From a virus, in the IMG/VR virus record IMGVR_UViG_3300008117_000018, positions 1 through 64,000 of that record: a stretch of 64,000 nt of DNA, one strand, 5' to 3'. Position 1 is the stretch's first letter. Each line of letters begins with the position of its first letter. A program made the position numbers and the translations under genes. The notes beneath the pieces were generated by a model. That model was given only the letters and a program-made list of their open reading frames with translations, was not told the origin of the DNA and ran no database searches. Positions 20,823-30,498 of the stretch are shown in pieces.

Positions 20823-21056
20823 ATGATAGAAACAACAAAATTAGGACAAAACTACGTATCAGCACTCAGAAAAAAGTATGAAGCTGAAATGGAAGAAGCT
20901 AAAGCAAATTTAGCACTTTATGTAACCAATCTTACAGCAATTGGTGAACACTCTGATTTATTGGAAGAGCATGATAAATGGATTGAAAAATATACAAATG
21001 CTAAAGATAAATTAGAATCTTTAAATCAATTATTTACACAACCAATTAATGGATAA
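20823..21056 (+). CDS. Small coiled-coil protein
   Basis: ORF, AIGEHSDL core. Confidence 0.7.
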   Translation: MIETTKLGQNYVSALRKKYEAEMEEAKANLALYVTNLTAIGEHSDLLEEHDKWIEKYTNAKDKLESLNQLFTQPING

Positions 21057-21071
21057 AAAAAATTAAATATT

Positions 21072-21728
21072 ATGAAATTAGAAACAAATGTAATCAAACC
21101 AGAAATAAGTTTCTTTGAAGAAGAAAATGAAAATGTAATCCTTACCACACAATGGGAGACAAGCTTAGATTCTAAATTAGATGAGATTTATGAATATATC
21201 AATAAAAATGATGGTAAAGATAAATCAGAGTCAGAAAAAGATGAGCTATACAAAAACGCTCAACTTTTGTGGAGAGAATTTGCTAATGTGTTAAAAGATA
21301 CAAAATACAATTTCTTTTTGAATAGACCACAATACAACTTTTTAACAGATTTGATTCTCAAAAAGATTGACTATGATGTTAACACAGTTTTCTTTGCAAT
21401 TGAATTGACTGACTTACTTGGCACAATGAAAGGTGTTAAGTTTAATAACGACCAAGAATTGACAGCATTTCCAGTAAATGCTACAGAAATTACTTATATT
21501 TATCACCTTATTGCTACTCACAAAGTAAAAGGATTAGGAAAAGACGCTTATACTTTTGCACAAGTATTAAGAAGAATTGGTGAAATCAGCAAAATATTCA
21601 ATTATTATGATACAGCAGCTAAAAACTCATCTACTGAAATTCAAAATTGGGTAACTTGTTTTGATTCATCAGTAGTAATGGAAAATAGAGAAGAATCCAT
21701 CAGCGCCGAAGTTTTAGATAATAACTAA
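21072..21728 (+). CDS. Hypothetical protein
   Basis: ORF. Confidence 0.75.
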   Translation: MKLETNVIKPEISFFEEENENVILTTQWETSLDSKLDEIYEYINKNDGKDKSESEKDELYKNAQLLWREFANVLKDTKYNFFLNRPQYNFLTDLILKKIDYDVNTVFFAIELTDLLGTMKGVKFNNDQELTAFPVNATEITYIYHLIATHKVKGLGKDAYTFAQVLRRIGEISKIFNYYDTAAKNSSTEIQNWVTCFDSSVVMENREESISAEVLDNN

Positions 21729-21746
21729 AATATTATATTCTAATTT

Positions 21747-21777
21747 AAAACCCATCAATTTTATTGATGGGTTTTTT
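21747..21777. terminator. Bidirectional intrinsic terminator
   Basis: AAAACCCATCAA-tttta-TTGATGGGTTTT between convergent genes. Confidence 0.85.
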
Positions 21778-21779
21778 AT

Positions 21780-24700
21780 TTAGTATACAGGTTTTATTGG
21801 ATTGAATGGACCTATTGGTTCAATATAACTATATGGCTCTTGTAAATCCTTAATTCCTCTTATTTCATAATTTTTTCTATCCGTATAAATTTGTCCATAT
21901 CCGTTATCAGAAGTTACCTCAATAACTAAATACGGATCTATATTTGAATCTATTGTAAAGTTAAAAGGTAAGATATCATCGCCCCTTCGCCATTCTGTTA
22001 TAGTTTGTACAGGCTCCAGGTCTATCAATTTCCATTCAGTAATGTTTAACCAATTTAGAGCATCTAAGTTTGGCGAAACCGGAACAGAACTTGCAGATAA
22101 ACCACTATAAACATAGATATTTCTTCTATATTCTACTAAACTAGTAGGTGAATAGGAAATATTTGGTGTCCAACCCGCAACATTTTCAAATCTTCTTGGA
22201 TTTTTTACACGATTATTATCTATTACAGACTCATATAATTTACCATAGTATGTGATTTTATCACCTTTCATATAAGTTAAAAAGGGTTTCCACTCTTTAT
22301 ATGTTTTATAAGTTCTAATTTTTATGTCAAAATAATCAGGTGTAATCAATTTAGCACCATTGTAAGGTTTATACAAGTAACCATTACCACGACGATCATA
22401 CTCAATTTCAGGAGGAGGACCAGGTTGACTTGAGGTAAATCCAATGTTAGGAACTATACTATAAAAATCCAAAACACAATTGTAAACTGTTGAACCACTA
22501 TTAACAGGCATCAAGTAAGCCTCATTCAATTTAAATGTCACAGGACACATCTCTTCTTTCATGTTTACAATTTTTGTATCTATGACTTGATGAGTAATAG
22601 CATAAGTATTTTTCTGATAAGCCTGTCCAGTAATATCTATAATTTTATGAGTCAATGGAATGACATTTCGCTTAAGCCAATATTTTAGACCCTGTAATTT
22701 TATTATAACTTCATCTAAACTATAATTCAATACATTATTTCCCTCTTCATCTGTAATTAGATATGATAGATTAAATGAATTTGTTTCTTCATATCTTTCA
22801 TTAGGAAAAGTATTTTTAATATACTCATTATCAGTCCAACCATCAATTGTGTTATCAAAAATATCAGGAATTTTTACTTTATAATTTTTATCATAGTTAG
22901 GAGATTTAGGATCTATATCTCTAAAATATTCATTTAATATTAAATCATTAAAACCAAAATAATTTATAGCATTGATTATAGCTTTATAGGAACCAATGTA
23001 AGGATAAATCAGATGTTTCATCATCAACATTTCCTTTCTTTTTCTATTTAGAATTGTCCAATCAATACCACCCTCTAATATATCATATTCTTTAAAAATG
23101 AAGACTTCATCTGGGTTAATTAATTTTCCTATATTACCCAACTCTATTTTAAATCTTTCATCTTCTTCTTCAGTTTGACCATAACAAAGAAATCTACCTA
23201 TTTCTCTGTCTAATACTTTGATTGTAAATTTCAAATACGTTTTACTATTATCAACTGGATAATTATTTACAATAGTAGATTCCGGTATAAGAACACCTAA
23301 ATCACTTAAGAAACTAACTACTATCTGTCTTGTATAAACTTCTCTTATAATAAATAAAGATGCGTGATTAGGTGAAGTATATTGATTTTTTGAATTACTG
23401 AGGTCTTTAAGATAAATAACTATTCTTTGGCCTGGCTTGAACCCCTTACCTGTAAAAATATCAGTAGATTGCTCGTTTAATTTTATTATACCATAAGTAT
23501 CATTTATATTAAAAATACTCTCAAATGTAACATAATTATTACTATTTGAATTGATTGTCAATTCCACATCTTCTTTTTTCCAAAGTAAAAGTTGTGAATA
23601 TTTAACACCCTCATCAGGACTATTAAATCCTAAAAACAATTGTAATGGTTCTATTTCTGTACTAAAATCATCCTCATCATCGATATAACTTAATTTATAA
23701 TTTACTGAATTAAAAATAGTTTGTTGATATTCTGGTAAATTTACCTTCACCACATCGACATTTGGTTTTTTATTTAAAACTATTGTATCTAATGGCTTAG
23801 GACCAGTGTAAGCATATGAGCCAGTTATAGGTAATTGGTCACCTGAGAAGTCATAGATAAAAAACTCATTGACGTCATCAGTTAACCACTTATAATAATA
23901 TTGAACACTAACATCACCTTCATAATTTTCTCTTGGTTTTCTAAAAAACTCTCTAGCCTTTAACCACATAGACGGTCTTGGTTTATAATTTGGATCTAAT
24001 GTTCCATATTGATTTTCAGTGATAGGCGTATATGTACCAGATATAATATTTATTGTAGATAATAATTCAACCTTTATCTCAACTAATGATTTATTTGATG
24101 GTTGAAGTGCCCATATTGACTCTCTATCCGGATTGTAAACAATCTTTGTAGTTTGAGCAGTCATTGGTTGAGATGAAAATGAATTTTTTTGAGTATTTAT
24201 AACTACTATTTTATTTGACACCTGAGATGACAAATAAACATCACCATCATACTGATTGATTTCTAAATAACCATAATCTGTAATGTTATCTTGATTATAA
24301 ATATTTGAACTTAGGTCTAATTCTGTAAAATTACCAGAAGAACCAGATATATTAATTTGACCAGTAAGATTATTAAATATAATATCATTAAATGAATCAG
24401 ATGCCAAAGTGATTGATTGAGTCAAACCATTATCAATTTTCCAAATACTAGTATTTGAAAATACATAGATAGATTCGTTTACAGGTTCATAAAATAATGA
24501 ATGTGTCAAACCAGGAATACCATAAGCTGTTTGTATTGTCCTGTTTGAATTTATTCTTAAAACCTGATTAGCATCTGTAGTGACATATAAATCATTCTCA
24601 AAATTATTGAAAACCATTTTCCCAGTTCTTGTTGCTAATAATGGGAAATTAGTATCTAAAGAATTTATTATATCAGTTGCTAAACTAGAAAGATTTGTAT

Positions 24701-27623
24701 AGGACCAAATATCTAGTCTCGGGCTATTTGAATAAGAAATATAAACATCTCCATTTACAGGATTTATTTGCATATCAAAAGCCAAACTACCAGGGTAAGA
24801 AGCAGTAAGTGATATATTAGAAACTAAAAGATTACTAGTAGGATCGATAACATTGATTTGTTGAGCAGATAAACAATAAATGTAATTATTTATTGGATTG
24901 AATTCCATCTCAATACTTTGAGTATTACCTGTAAACTCTATCGTAGCATAATGAAGACCAGTATTAGAATCGATGACATTAACACCATCTCCGAAAGCAT
25001 ATATTGAATTTGAAACCTGAACATACTTTATATCAACCAAATTACCCGAACCAACAAAACCAGATAAATCTAAATTGTTAATTTCATAATTATTTGGATT
25101 TACAGTTATACTAAAGCCTGGACTGAATGAGTCTATTGAAAAAGGCGCACCATTTCCAGTTCCACCAGTAGGAGCGACCGGTAAAGCACAAGCGGTCTGT
25201 CCAAAACCGGTATCAAAAGCAAGTGTCACATAAGCAGAAGAACTACAAATACTATCAGTTAATCCCCAAAATGGACCCTGATAACTTATATTCATGACGT
25301 GTGGATCTAAAAAAGTGACATTGTATTCTTGATTATTCCATGGGAAAACCGTATTATTAATTGAAATAACTCTACCAGTAGCAAATCCTTCTGACTCAAA
25401 TGAAGCAGTTGATGCCTCTGGTAACATTATTTGATTCGAAGCAATCAACATACCATGATTACCCTTTATTTTTTCGACTAAAGTATAATCTTGTAAGCCG
25501 GGTAAATTTACACGACCAGTGATAATACTAAGGTTCAATGGAACTTCCAATTGAGTCACATCAAATTTAAGAACATAATTTATATTAGTAATTAAATAAC
25601 CAATAAGTGCCAATTCTTCAGAATAAGCATTAACCCAATTCTGAAGTGTAGTCGGTATATCAACAACATTAGTCGAGGCGTAATAAACCGATTCTGTAAT
25701 ATACTCCTCACCATTTATTTTAACATTTACATATGGTATAGAATAACTTCCTGAGTTGAAAGTTACCTTAGAATGCTCAATATGAAATTTTGCAGCAGTT
25801 CCAACTTCAACTCTATCGATGACCATCGGTACGTTTGGATATTGAGTTTTTACGATAATTGCATTGTAAAATATTGAAGTATAATTACCAACATATTTTA
25901 ACTCAACTCTGATTCCAAGAACATAAAGTCTTAGATAATTTCTTACCAACCATCTTCTTAATGTTTTATCAATTGTTCTCTCCATATCAAGAGTCGCACC
26001 AGAATAAACATAAGCGATTTCTTCTTCATAAACCATTCCGTTTATGATTATTTTTAATCCGAATTCATCTAAATCAGTAAAAACTATATTATAACTAAAG
26101 TTTTCAGAAAAATTATAATTTAATTCATAATTTAATTGTTCTTTTGTTTGAATTAACTTTTCATACGCCCTATTAAATGAACCTATTGAATAAGTTGGTC
26201 CAACCGCAGTATGATAAAAATTGACTATAGCATAATTAGATGGATACATCAAGTCCGCTCTTAGTCTATTATTTTTATAATACAGGTCTATATTAAATAT
26301 CTTTAAATCCTCAGCATACTTTTCTACAGCAGAAGCCATTGTTACAGGCGCACTTTGTGTATAAGACATTTCATAATAATATTTATCCGTAGTGTAATAA
26401 ATTTGAGCAAATAAAATCGACTCTTGAACCGTAGTCTGTTCAACAGGTATATAAGTTGGTAATGACCAAAATTTATTATTTAATGGTGTAATAGATGAAG
26501 TTTGAGCTTGTCCAAAACTTTGAGTATATGCCTGTATACATTCGTATATTTTATTATTGAATATTACTTGAGATTGAGTTGCAAAAAAAGTTTCATTGAA
26601 TATACCATCCCAGCGAGGAATATTAGCAACTGTCAAAAAGTTCGAATTGTTTTGAGAATTTATGATTTTTATTTCTTTACCAGGTTTTATAGTTTGAGGA
26701 AATTTAGGAGTAAATGAAATGTTGATACGACCATCACCTGTGATTTCTATTCCACCTTCATATATCTTAGGAAGATCCATTCTTGTCAAAACCTCAATTA
26801 TAAGATTTGATTCTGGCGGTAAGCTAGTTTTACTAACAGAATATTCGAAATGAACTTGGTCAGCTAAATCAACACTTTTTATTGTTACAGGAACTGGTGA
26901 ATATAATGGCGGTCTACTTATTTCGTCACCAACTTGTTTCCCAGTATTTATTAAATTTAATTTTTTATTAACATAATACTTATCATAAAAAAAAGGTTCA
27001 CTCCAAGGTGATATTTTAGGTAGATACTGACTATTGACATAATCATAAACACCAATAGCATTTAGACCAGTAATGGTTTTACCAACATAAGGAGATGGAT
27101 TATCAAGTTCTGTTTGGTCACCACCATATGTTTCAAAATAAGTAGTTTCAAACGTATCATTATCCATCTGAGAAATAATCATTATAGCGCCTTTCTTGGA
27201 TGACACAACAGCATATGTTTGAGTCACGTCAGTAAATTCTAAAAAAGGAACATCAAATCTTATTAGAGTTCCAACAGGAAACTTTTTTTCAAAATTATCT
27301 CCATAAATCCATTTAGAATAAAAATTTGAATCATTGTTGATAGGTTCAATTTTTGTATAAGATTCACTTTCATATTTTGCACCATACATATGTAGACCAA
27401 GTTCATTAAATAATTGAAATTTATCAACAGTTAGCTCACCAGGTAGTTCATATTCAAAAGCCGGTAGCTTTTCTAACATGTATAAACCATAAGTCCTAAA
27501 TGTATCAGTAGAATTTTCATGGAATATGATATTACCTTCAAACCTCTCCGCAACATCATTATAATTAAAATTTAAATAATCCCCTTCTTTATTAAACCAG
27601 ACAAGATTTTTGTGATTTGACAT
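21780..27623 (-). CDS. Large virion structural protein (baseplate/tail) with beta-propeller region
   Basis: 1947 aa; repeated ..FNP.N..IY blades; W....Y..GD.ITY.GK.YE modules; late promoter 27643-27652. Confidence 0.6.
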   Translation of the reverse strand: MSNHKNLVWFNKEGDYLNFNYNDVAERFEGNIIFHENSTDTFRTYGLYMLEKLPAFEYELPGELTVDKFQLFNELGLHMYGAKYESESYTKIEPINNDSNFYSKWIYGDNFEKKFPVGTLIRFDVPFLEFTDVTQTYAVVSSKKGAIMIISQMDNDTFETTYFETYGGDQTELDNPSPYVGKTITGLNAIGVYDYVNSQYLPKISPWSEPFFYDKYYVNKKLNLINTGKQVGDEISRPPLYSPVPVTIKSVDLADQVHFEYSVSKTSLPPESNLIIEVLTRMDLPKIYEGGIEITGDGRINISFTPKFPQTIKPGKEIKIINSQNNSNFLTVANIPRWDGIFNETFFATQSQVIFNNKIYECIQAYTQSFGQAQTSSITPLNNKFWSLPTYIPVEQTTVQESILFAQIYYTTDKYYYEMSYTQSAPVTMASAVEKYAEDLKIFNIDLYYKNNRLRADLMYPSNYAIVNFYHTAVGPTYSIGSFNRAYEKLIQTKEQLNYELNYNFSENFSYNIVFTDLDEFGLKIIINGMVYEEEIAYVYSGATLDMERTIDKTLRRWLVRNYLRLYVLGIRVELKYVGNYTSIFYNAIIVKTQYPNVPMVIDRVEVGTAAKFHIEHSKVTFNSGSYSIPYVNVKINGEEYITESVYYASTNVVDIPTTLQNWVNAYSEELALIGYLITNINYVLKFDVTQLEVPLNLSIITGRVNLPGLQDYTLVEKIKGNHGMLIASNQIMLPEASTASFESEGFATGRVISINNTVFPWNNQEYNVTFLDPHVMNISYQGPFWGLTDSICSSSAYVTLAFDTGFGQTACALPVAPTGGTGNGAPFSIDSFSPGFSITVNPNNYEINNLDLSGFVGSGNLVDIKYVQVSNSIYAFGDGVNVIDSNTGLHYATIEFTGNTQSIEMEFNPINNYIYCLSAQQINVIDPTSNLLVSNISLTASYPGSLAFDMQINPVNGDVYISYSNSPRLDIWSYTNLSSLATDIINSLDTNFPLLATRTGKMVFNNFENDLYVTTDANQVLRINSNRTIQTAYGIPGLTHSLFYEPVNESIYVFSNTSIWKIDNGLTQSITLASDSFNDIIFNNLTGQINISGSSGNFTELDLSSNIYNQDNITDYGYLEINQYDGDVYLSSQVSNKIVVINTQKNSFSSQPMTAQTTKIVYNPDRESIWALQPSNKSLVEIKVELLSTINIISGTYTPITENQYGTLDPNYKPRPSMWLKAREFFRKPRENYEGDVSVQYYYKWLTDDVNEFFIYDFSGDQLPITGSYAYTGPKPLDTIVLNKKPNVDVVKVNLPEYQQTIFNSVNYKLSYIDDEDDFSTEIEPLQLFLGFNSPDEGVKYSQLLLWKKEDVELTINSNSNNYVTFESIFNINDTYGIIKLNEQSTDIFTGKGFKPGQRIVIYLKDLSNSKNQYTSPNHASLFIIREVYTRQIVVSFLSDLGVLIPESTIVNNYPVDNSKTYLKFTIKVLDREIGRFLCYGQTEEEDERFKIELGNIGKLINPDEVFIFKEYDILEGGIDWTILNRKRKEMLMMKHLIYPYIGSYKAIINAINYFGFNDLILNEYFRDIDPKSPNYDKNYKVKIPDIFDNTIDGWTDNEYIKNTFPNERYEETNSFNLSYLITDEEGNNVLNYSLDEVIIKLQGLKYWLKRNVIPLTHKIIDITGQAYQKNTYAITHQVIDTKIVNMKEEMCPVTFKLNEAYLMPVNSGSTVYNCVLDFYSIVPNIGFTSSQPGPPPEIEYDRRGNGYLYKPYNGAKLITPDYFDIKIRTYKTYKEWKPFLTYMKGDKITYYGKLYESVIDNNRVKNPRRFENVAGWTPNISYSPTSLVEYRRNIYVYSGLSASSVPVSPNLDALNWLNITEWKLIDLEPVQTITEWRRGDDILPFNFTIDSNIDPYLVIEVTSDNGYGQIYTDRKNYEIRGIKDLQEPYSYIEPIGPFNPIKPVY

Positions 27624-27642
27624 CTATTATAATAGTTTTGTT

Positions 27643-27686
27643 TATATATTAATTTTAGTTTTCTTGATAGAATAATTTAATATATA
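27643..27686. promoter_or_regulatory. Back-to-back TTAATATATA late-promoter boxes
   Basis: 27643-27652 (-), 27677-27686 (+). Confidence 0.65.
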
Positions 27687-27690
27687 ATAA

Positions 27691-28053
27691 ATGAAAAGGT
27701 TAAATACGTATATGAACTTTATTAATGAAGAATTTTTTAAAAAAATCAAAAAAAAATCTAAATCTAAATCAGATAGAGTACAAGACGCATTGACAAATAT
27801 TTTAAATTTTCTCAATGATAATCAAATTTATGACTGGTCAGATTTTGAAAAAATGTCACCATTTGACAGAGATATTGTGAATAAAATAATAGACCATACA
27901 GCAAAAGATATGAAAGACGTTGTTGACATAAGATTTAAATTAAAATTAGAGCTATGTGACAGAAATCAACTGAGAAACTATCTTAAAGAATTAGAATCAC
28001 AAGAAGAATTCGAAAAATGCGCAGAAGTGCTTAAAAAAATAAACGAAAAATGA
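27691..28053 (+). CDS. Hypothetical protein with capsid-targeting-like leader
   Basis: MKRLNTYMNFINEE; C-terminal EEFEKCAEV UVR-like motif. Confidence 0.7.
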   Translation: MKRLNTYMNFINEEFFKKIKKKSKSKSDRVQDALTNILNFLNDNQIYDWSDFEKMSPFDRDIVNKIIDHTAKDMKDVVDIRFKLKLELCDRNQLRNYLKELESQEEFEKCAEVLKKINEK

Positions 28054-28259
28054 AACATCTAAAAAAGTTTAACGAAGAATTTGACTGGGATGAAGTTCTA
28101 AAAAATAATAGAAAAACTGAAGAAAAAGACAAATGGTCTAGTTTAGAAAAAGATATGATGCAAATCGTAGATAAATATACAGGTCAATTTGGAATTGACT
28201 CTTATGGAGTAATAGACGCTATGTATCAAGTTTTAGATAATATGTTTCAAAAAAAATAA
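28050..28259 (+). CDS. Small protein with capsid-targeting-like leader
   Basis: MKHLKKFNEE. Confidence 0.7.
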   Translation: MKHLKKFNEEFDWDEVLKNNRKTEEKDKWSSLEKDMMQIVDKYTGQFGIDSYGVIDAMYQVLDNMFQKK

Positions 28260-28267
28260 TATTGATT

Positions 28268-29254
28268 ATGAAAGAAATAAAAAAATTCAAAGATGCTGCT
28301 AAAAATTTAAATATCTCGGATAATAAAGAGAAAAAATCTAAAAAAGAAAAAGATATTGAAATTAAATTTAAAGCTGATTCATTGAAGAGAGATGAAGAAA
28401 AACCAGGTTTCAAAAGTTCAGTTGAACAACAAGAGAAAGTTGAAAAGGAATTCAAAAAAAATAAAGATAAAATTGAAAAATTTGAGTCCTTCATCACAGT
28501 AAATATTGATCATGTTGATAATATTGAATGTGAAAATGACTATGACTTACAAGATGAATTAGAAATAGATTCGGATTATGAAGAAAGTGAAATAAATGGT
28601 TGTGGATGTTGTGATTCATGTACAGGTGAGGATAATTGTTATTGTGGTTGCGCAGATTGTAAATGTGATTCTGACGATAATATCAAAAAAGCATCAGAAT
28701 TTGTGAATATTCTTTTTTCTGAAAGTCTAAAATATCATTTAGAAAAAAATAAACCAATAACTGAAAATATTTTCAGACCTGGTTCAGAGGCATTCTTTAG
28801 TGTTATTAAAGAGGCTCGCCAATTATTCGATTCAGGTAAAGTTAAATTATGTGAAATAGACAAAGAAATCTATGAAAGTACAGAAATAGGTAAATTCGGT
28901 TGGTTTAACGGAGAGTTAGTTCCTCTAGATTTGCCTATGGAAAATGTTGAATTTTTATCAGAAGCTGAATATAAAGGAAAAGAAGTTAAGTTAAACTATC
29001 CAATGCGTGGCGGCACTAAAAAATACTATGTATATGTTAAAAATCCTAAAACAGGAAACGTGAAAAAGATTGCTTTTGGTGATGTACACGGTGGTTTAAC
29101 AGCTAAAGTAAGTAATCCCGAAGCGAGAAGAAACTTTGCAGCTCGTCATAAATGCTCAACTAAGAAAGATAAAACTAAAGCCGGATACTGGGCTTGTAGG
29201 GTAAATAAATATGGACATCTTTGGGGAGGTAAAACTTATCCTGGTTATTGGTAA
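28268..29254 (+). CDS. Protein with Cys cluster and basic C-terminal viral domain
   Basis: GCGCCDSCTGEDNCYCGCADCKCD; KKIAFGD..RRNFAARHKC..KAGYWAC. Confidence 0.7.
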   Translation: MKEIKKFKDAAKNLNISDNKEKKSKKEKDIEIKFKADSLKRDEEKPGFKSSVEQQEKVEKEFKKNKDKIEKFESFITVNIDHVDNIECENDYDLQDELEIDSDYEESEINGCGCCDSCTGEDNCYCGCADCKCDSDDNIKKASEFVNILFSESLKYHLEKNKPITENIFRPGSEAFFSVIKEARQLFDSGKVKLCEIDKEIYESTEIGKFGWFNGELVPLDLPMENVEFLSEAEYKGKEVKLNYPMRGGTKKYYVYVKNPKTGNVKKIAFGDVHGGLTAKVSNPEARRNFAARHKCSTKKDKTKAGYWACRVNKYGHLWGGKTYPGYW

Positions 29255-29258
29255 AATT

Positions 29259-29747
29259 ATGAAACATTTAAAAACATATACTGAATATAATTTTAATTTT
29301 CCAATAATAGAATCTAAAGATGTGGAAAATTTTAGTAGAGATTTACTAAAATTAGAATTAAAATCTAAAATAGATTCTTTACCTGATTCAAATCACTACC
29401 TAACACATGTAACTTCACCAGAATTTGCAAAAAGTATATTTGAAACACAGTTTAAATTCAATTTAGGCACTGGACTTAGTGGCACAACAGCCATAACTAA
29501 TAAATCAAATCTTTACACTCTACTTTCTAATATGATTGATGGTATCTCTCCACATAGAAATCAATTAGGATGTTTTTTATTAGCAATGCCTAAATCAGAA
29601 TTTGGTGAAATATCGTCCGAAAGAAGAGTTAGCATAGACACAATTGAAAATGATTTACTGGACAATTATCAAGAATTTTCTAATGGTAACATACCAGTAA
29701 AGTTTAATTACGGATATTTTGATGGTGAAAAATTAATAACAAAATAA
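29259..29747 (+). CDS. Leader-bearing protein, possible ADP-ribosyltransferase fold
   Basis: Start re-assigned to MKHLKTYTEY; LTHVTS....SI...F resembles the H-x-T strand of HYE-type ARTs. Confidence 0.45.
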   Translation: MKHLKTYTEYNFNFPIIESKDVENFSRDLLKLELKSKIDSLPDSNHYLTHVTSPEFAKSIFETQFKFNLGTGLSGTTAITNKSNLYTLLSNMIDGISPHRNQLGCFLLAMPKSEFGEISSERRVSIDTIENDLLDNYQEFSNGNIPVKFNYGYFDGEKLITK

Positions 29748-30010
29748 TGTTACCTTTCAAAGAAACTAAAATATCAGATAATACTTTTATCAGAGAATTT
29801 AATCAAGAAACAGATTCTGGAGAGTTCATGTGGCACAGAGATTACGAAAATCGTATAATTGAATCTATTAAAGATACAGATTGGATGATACAAATTGATA
29901 ATGAACTACCGAAAATAATTTCTGGGGAAATCACTATACCAAAAGGTGTATTTCATAGGTTGATAAAGGGTAGCGGTGATTTAAAAATTAAATTACAAAA
30001 ACTATTCTAA
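29747..30010 (+). CDS. Small cupin-fold protein
   Basis: WHRD.E.R, IPKGVFHRLIKG. Confidence 0.7.
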   Translation: MLPFKETKISDNTFIREFNQETDSGEFMWHRDYENRIIESIKDTDWMIQIDNELPKIISGEITIPKGVFHRLIKGSGDLKIKLQKLF

Positions 30011-30498
30011 GACCAAACTTCGTGTAGAAAAGATTTCTTAAACTTTGCACCGGATAAGTCACATCCAGTAAAATCTGTTAAAAAAGGAACCCAGTAAACT
30101 CTATCTAAATCTTCTTTATTTACAAATTTCCACTCAGAATTTTCACCGTCTGATGAGGTAGGTAAACTATCAACTTTGCCAGTAAAATAATAAATAAATC
30201 CACAAGCAGAATCTGGATGACCTTTTGTATCAATCACACCCCAATCTTGAACATTTGTTGGCGTTAACCCTGTTTCTTCTAAAACCTCTCTTAAAGCAGC
30301 TTCTTTTGGTTTTTCATCAAGATTATGGTCACCAACCACACCACCAGTAATATTCCAGTGTCCTGGTTTCCAAGGAGCAGTCATTCCTCTTTTAAGTGCT
30401 AATAATTGACCACTCTTATTGAAAAGAGCAATGACAGCAGTAACTGAATTACTCCAATCTTTAGATTCTTTAATAAATTGTGAAAATGTTTTAATCAT
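30007..30498 (-). CDS. Nudix hydrolase with capsid-targeting-like leader
   Basis: GGVV....E.PKEAALREVLEETGL; N-term MIKTFSQFIKES. Confidence 0.9.
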   Translation of the reverse strand: MIKTFSQFIKESKDWSNSVTAVIALFNKSGQLLALKRGMTAPWKPGHWNITGGVVGDHNLDEKPKEAALREVLEETGLTPTNVQDWGVIDTKGHPDSACGFIYYFTGKVDSLPTSSDGENSEWKFVNKEDLDRVYWVPFLTDFTGCDLSGAKFKKSFLHEVWS

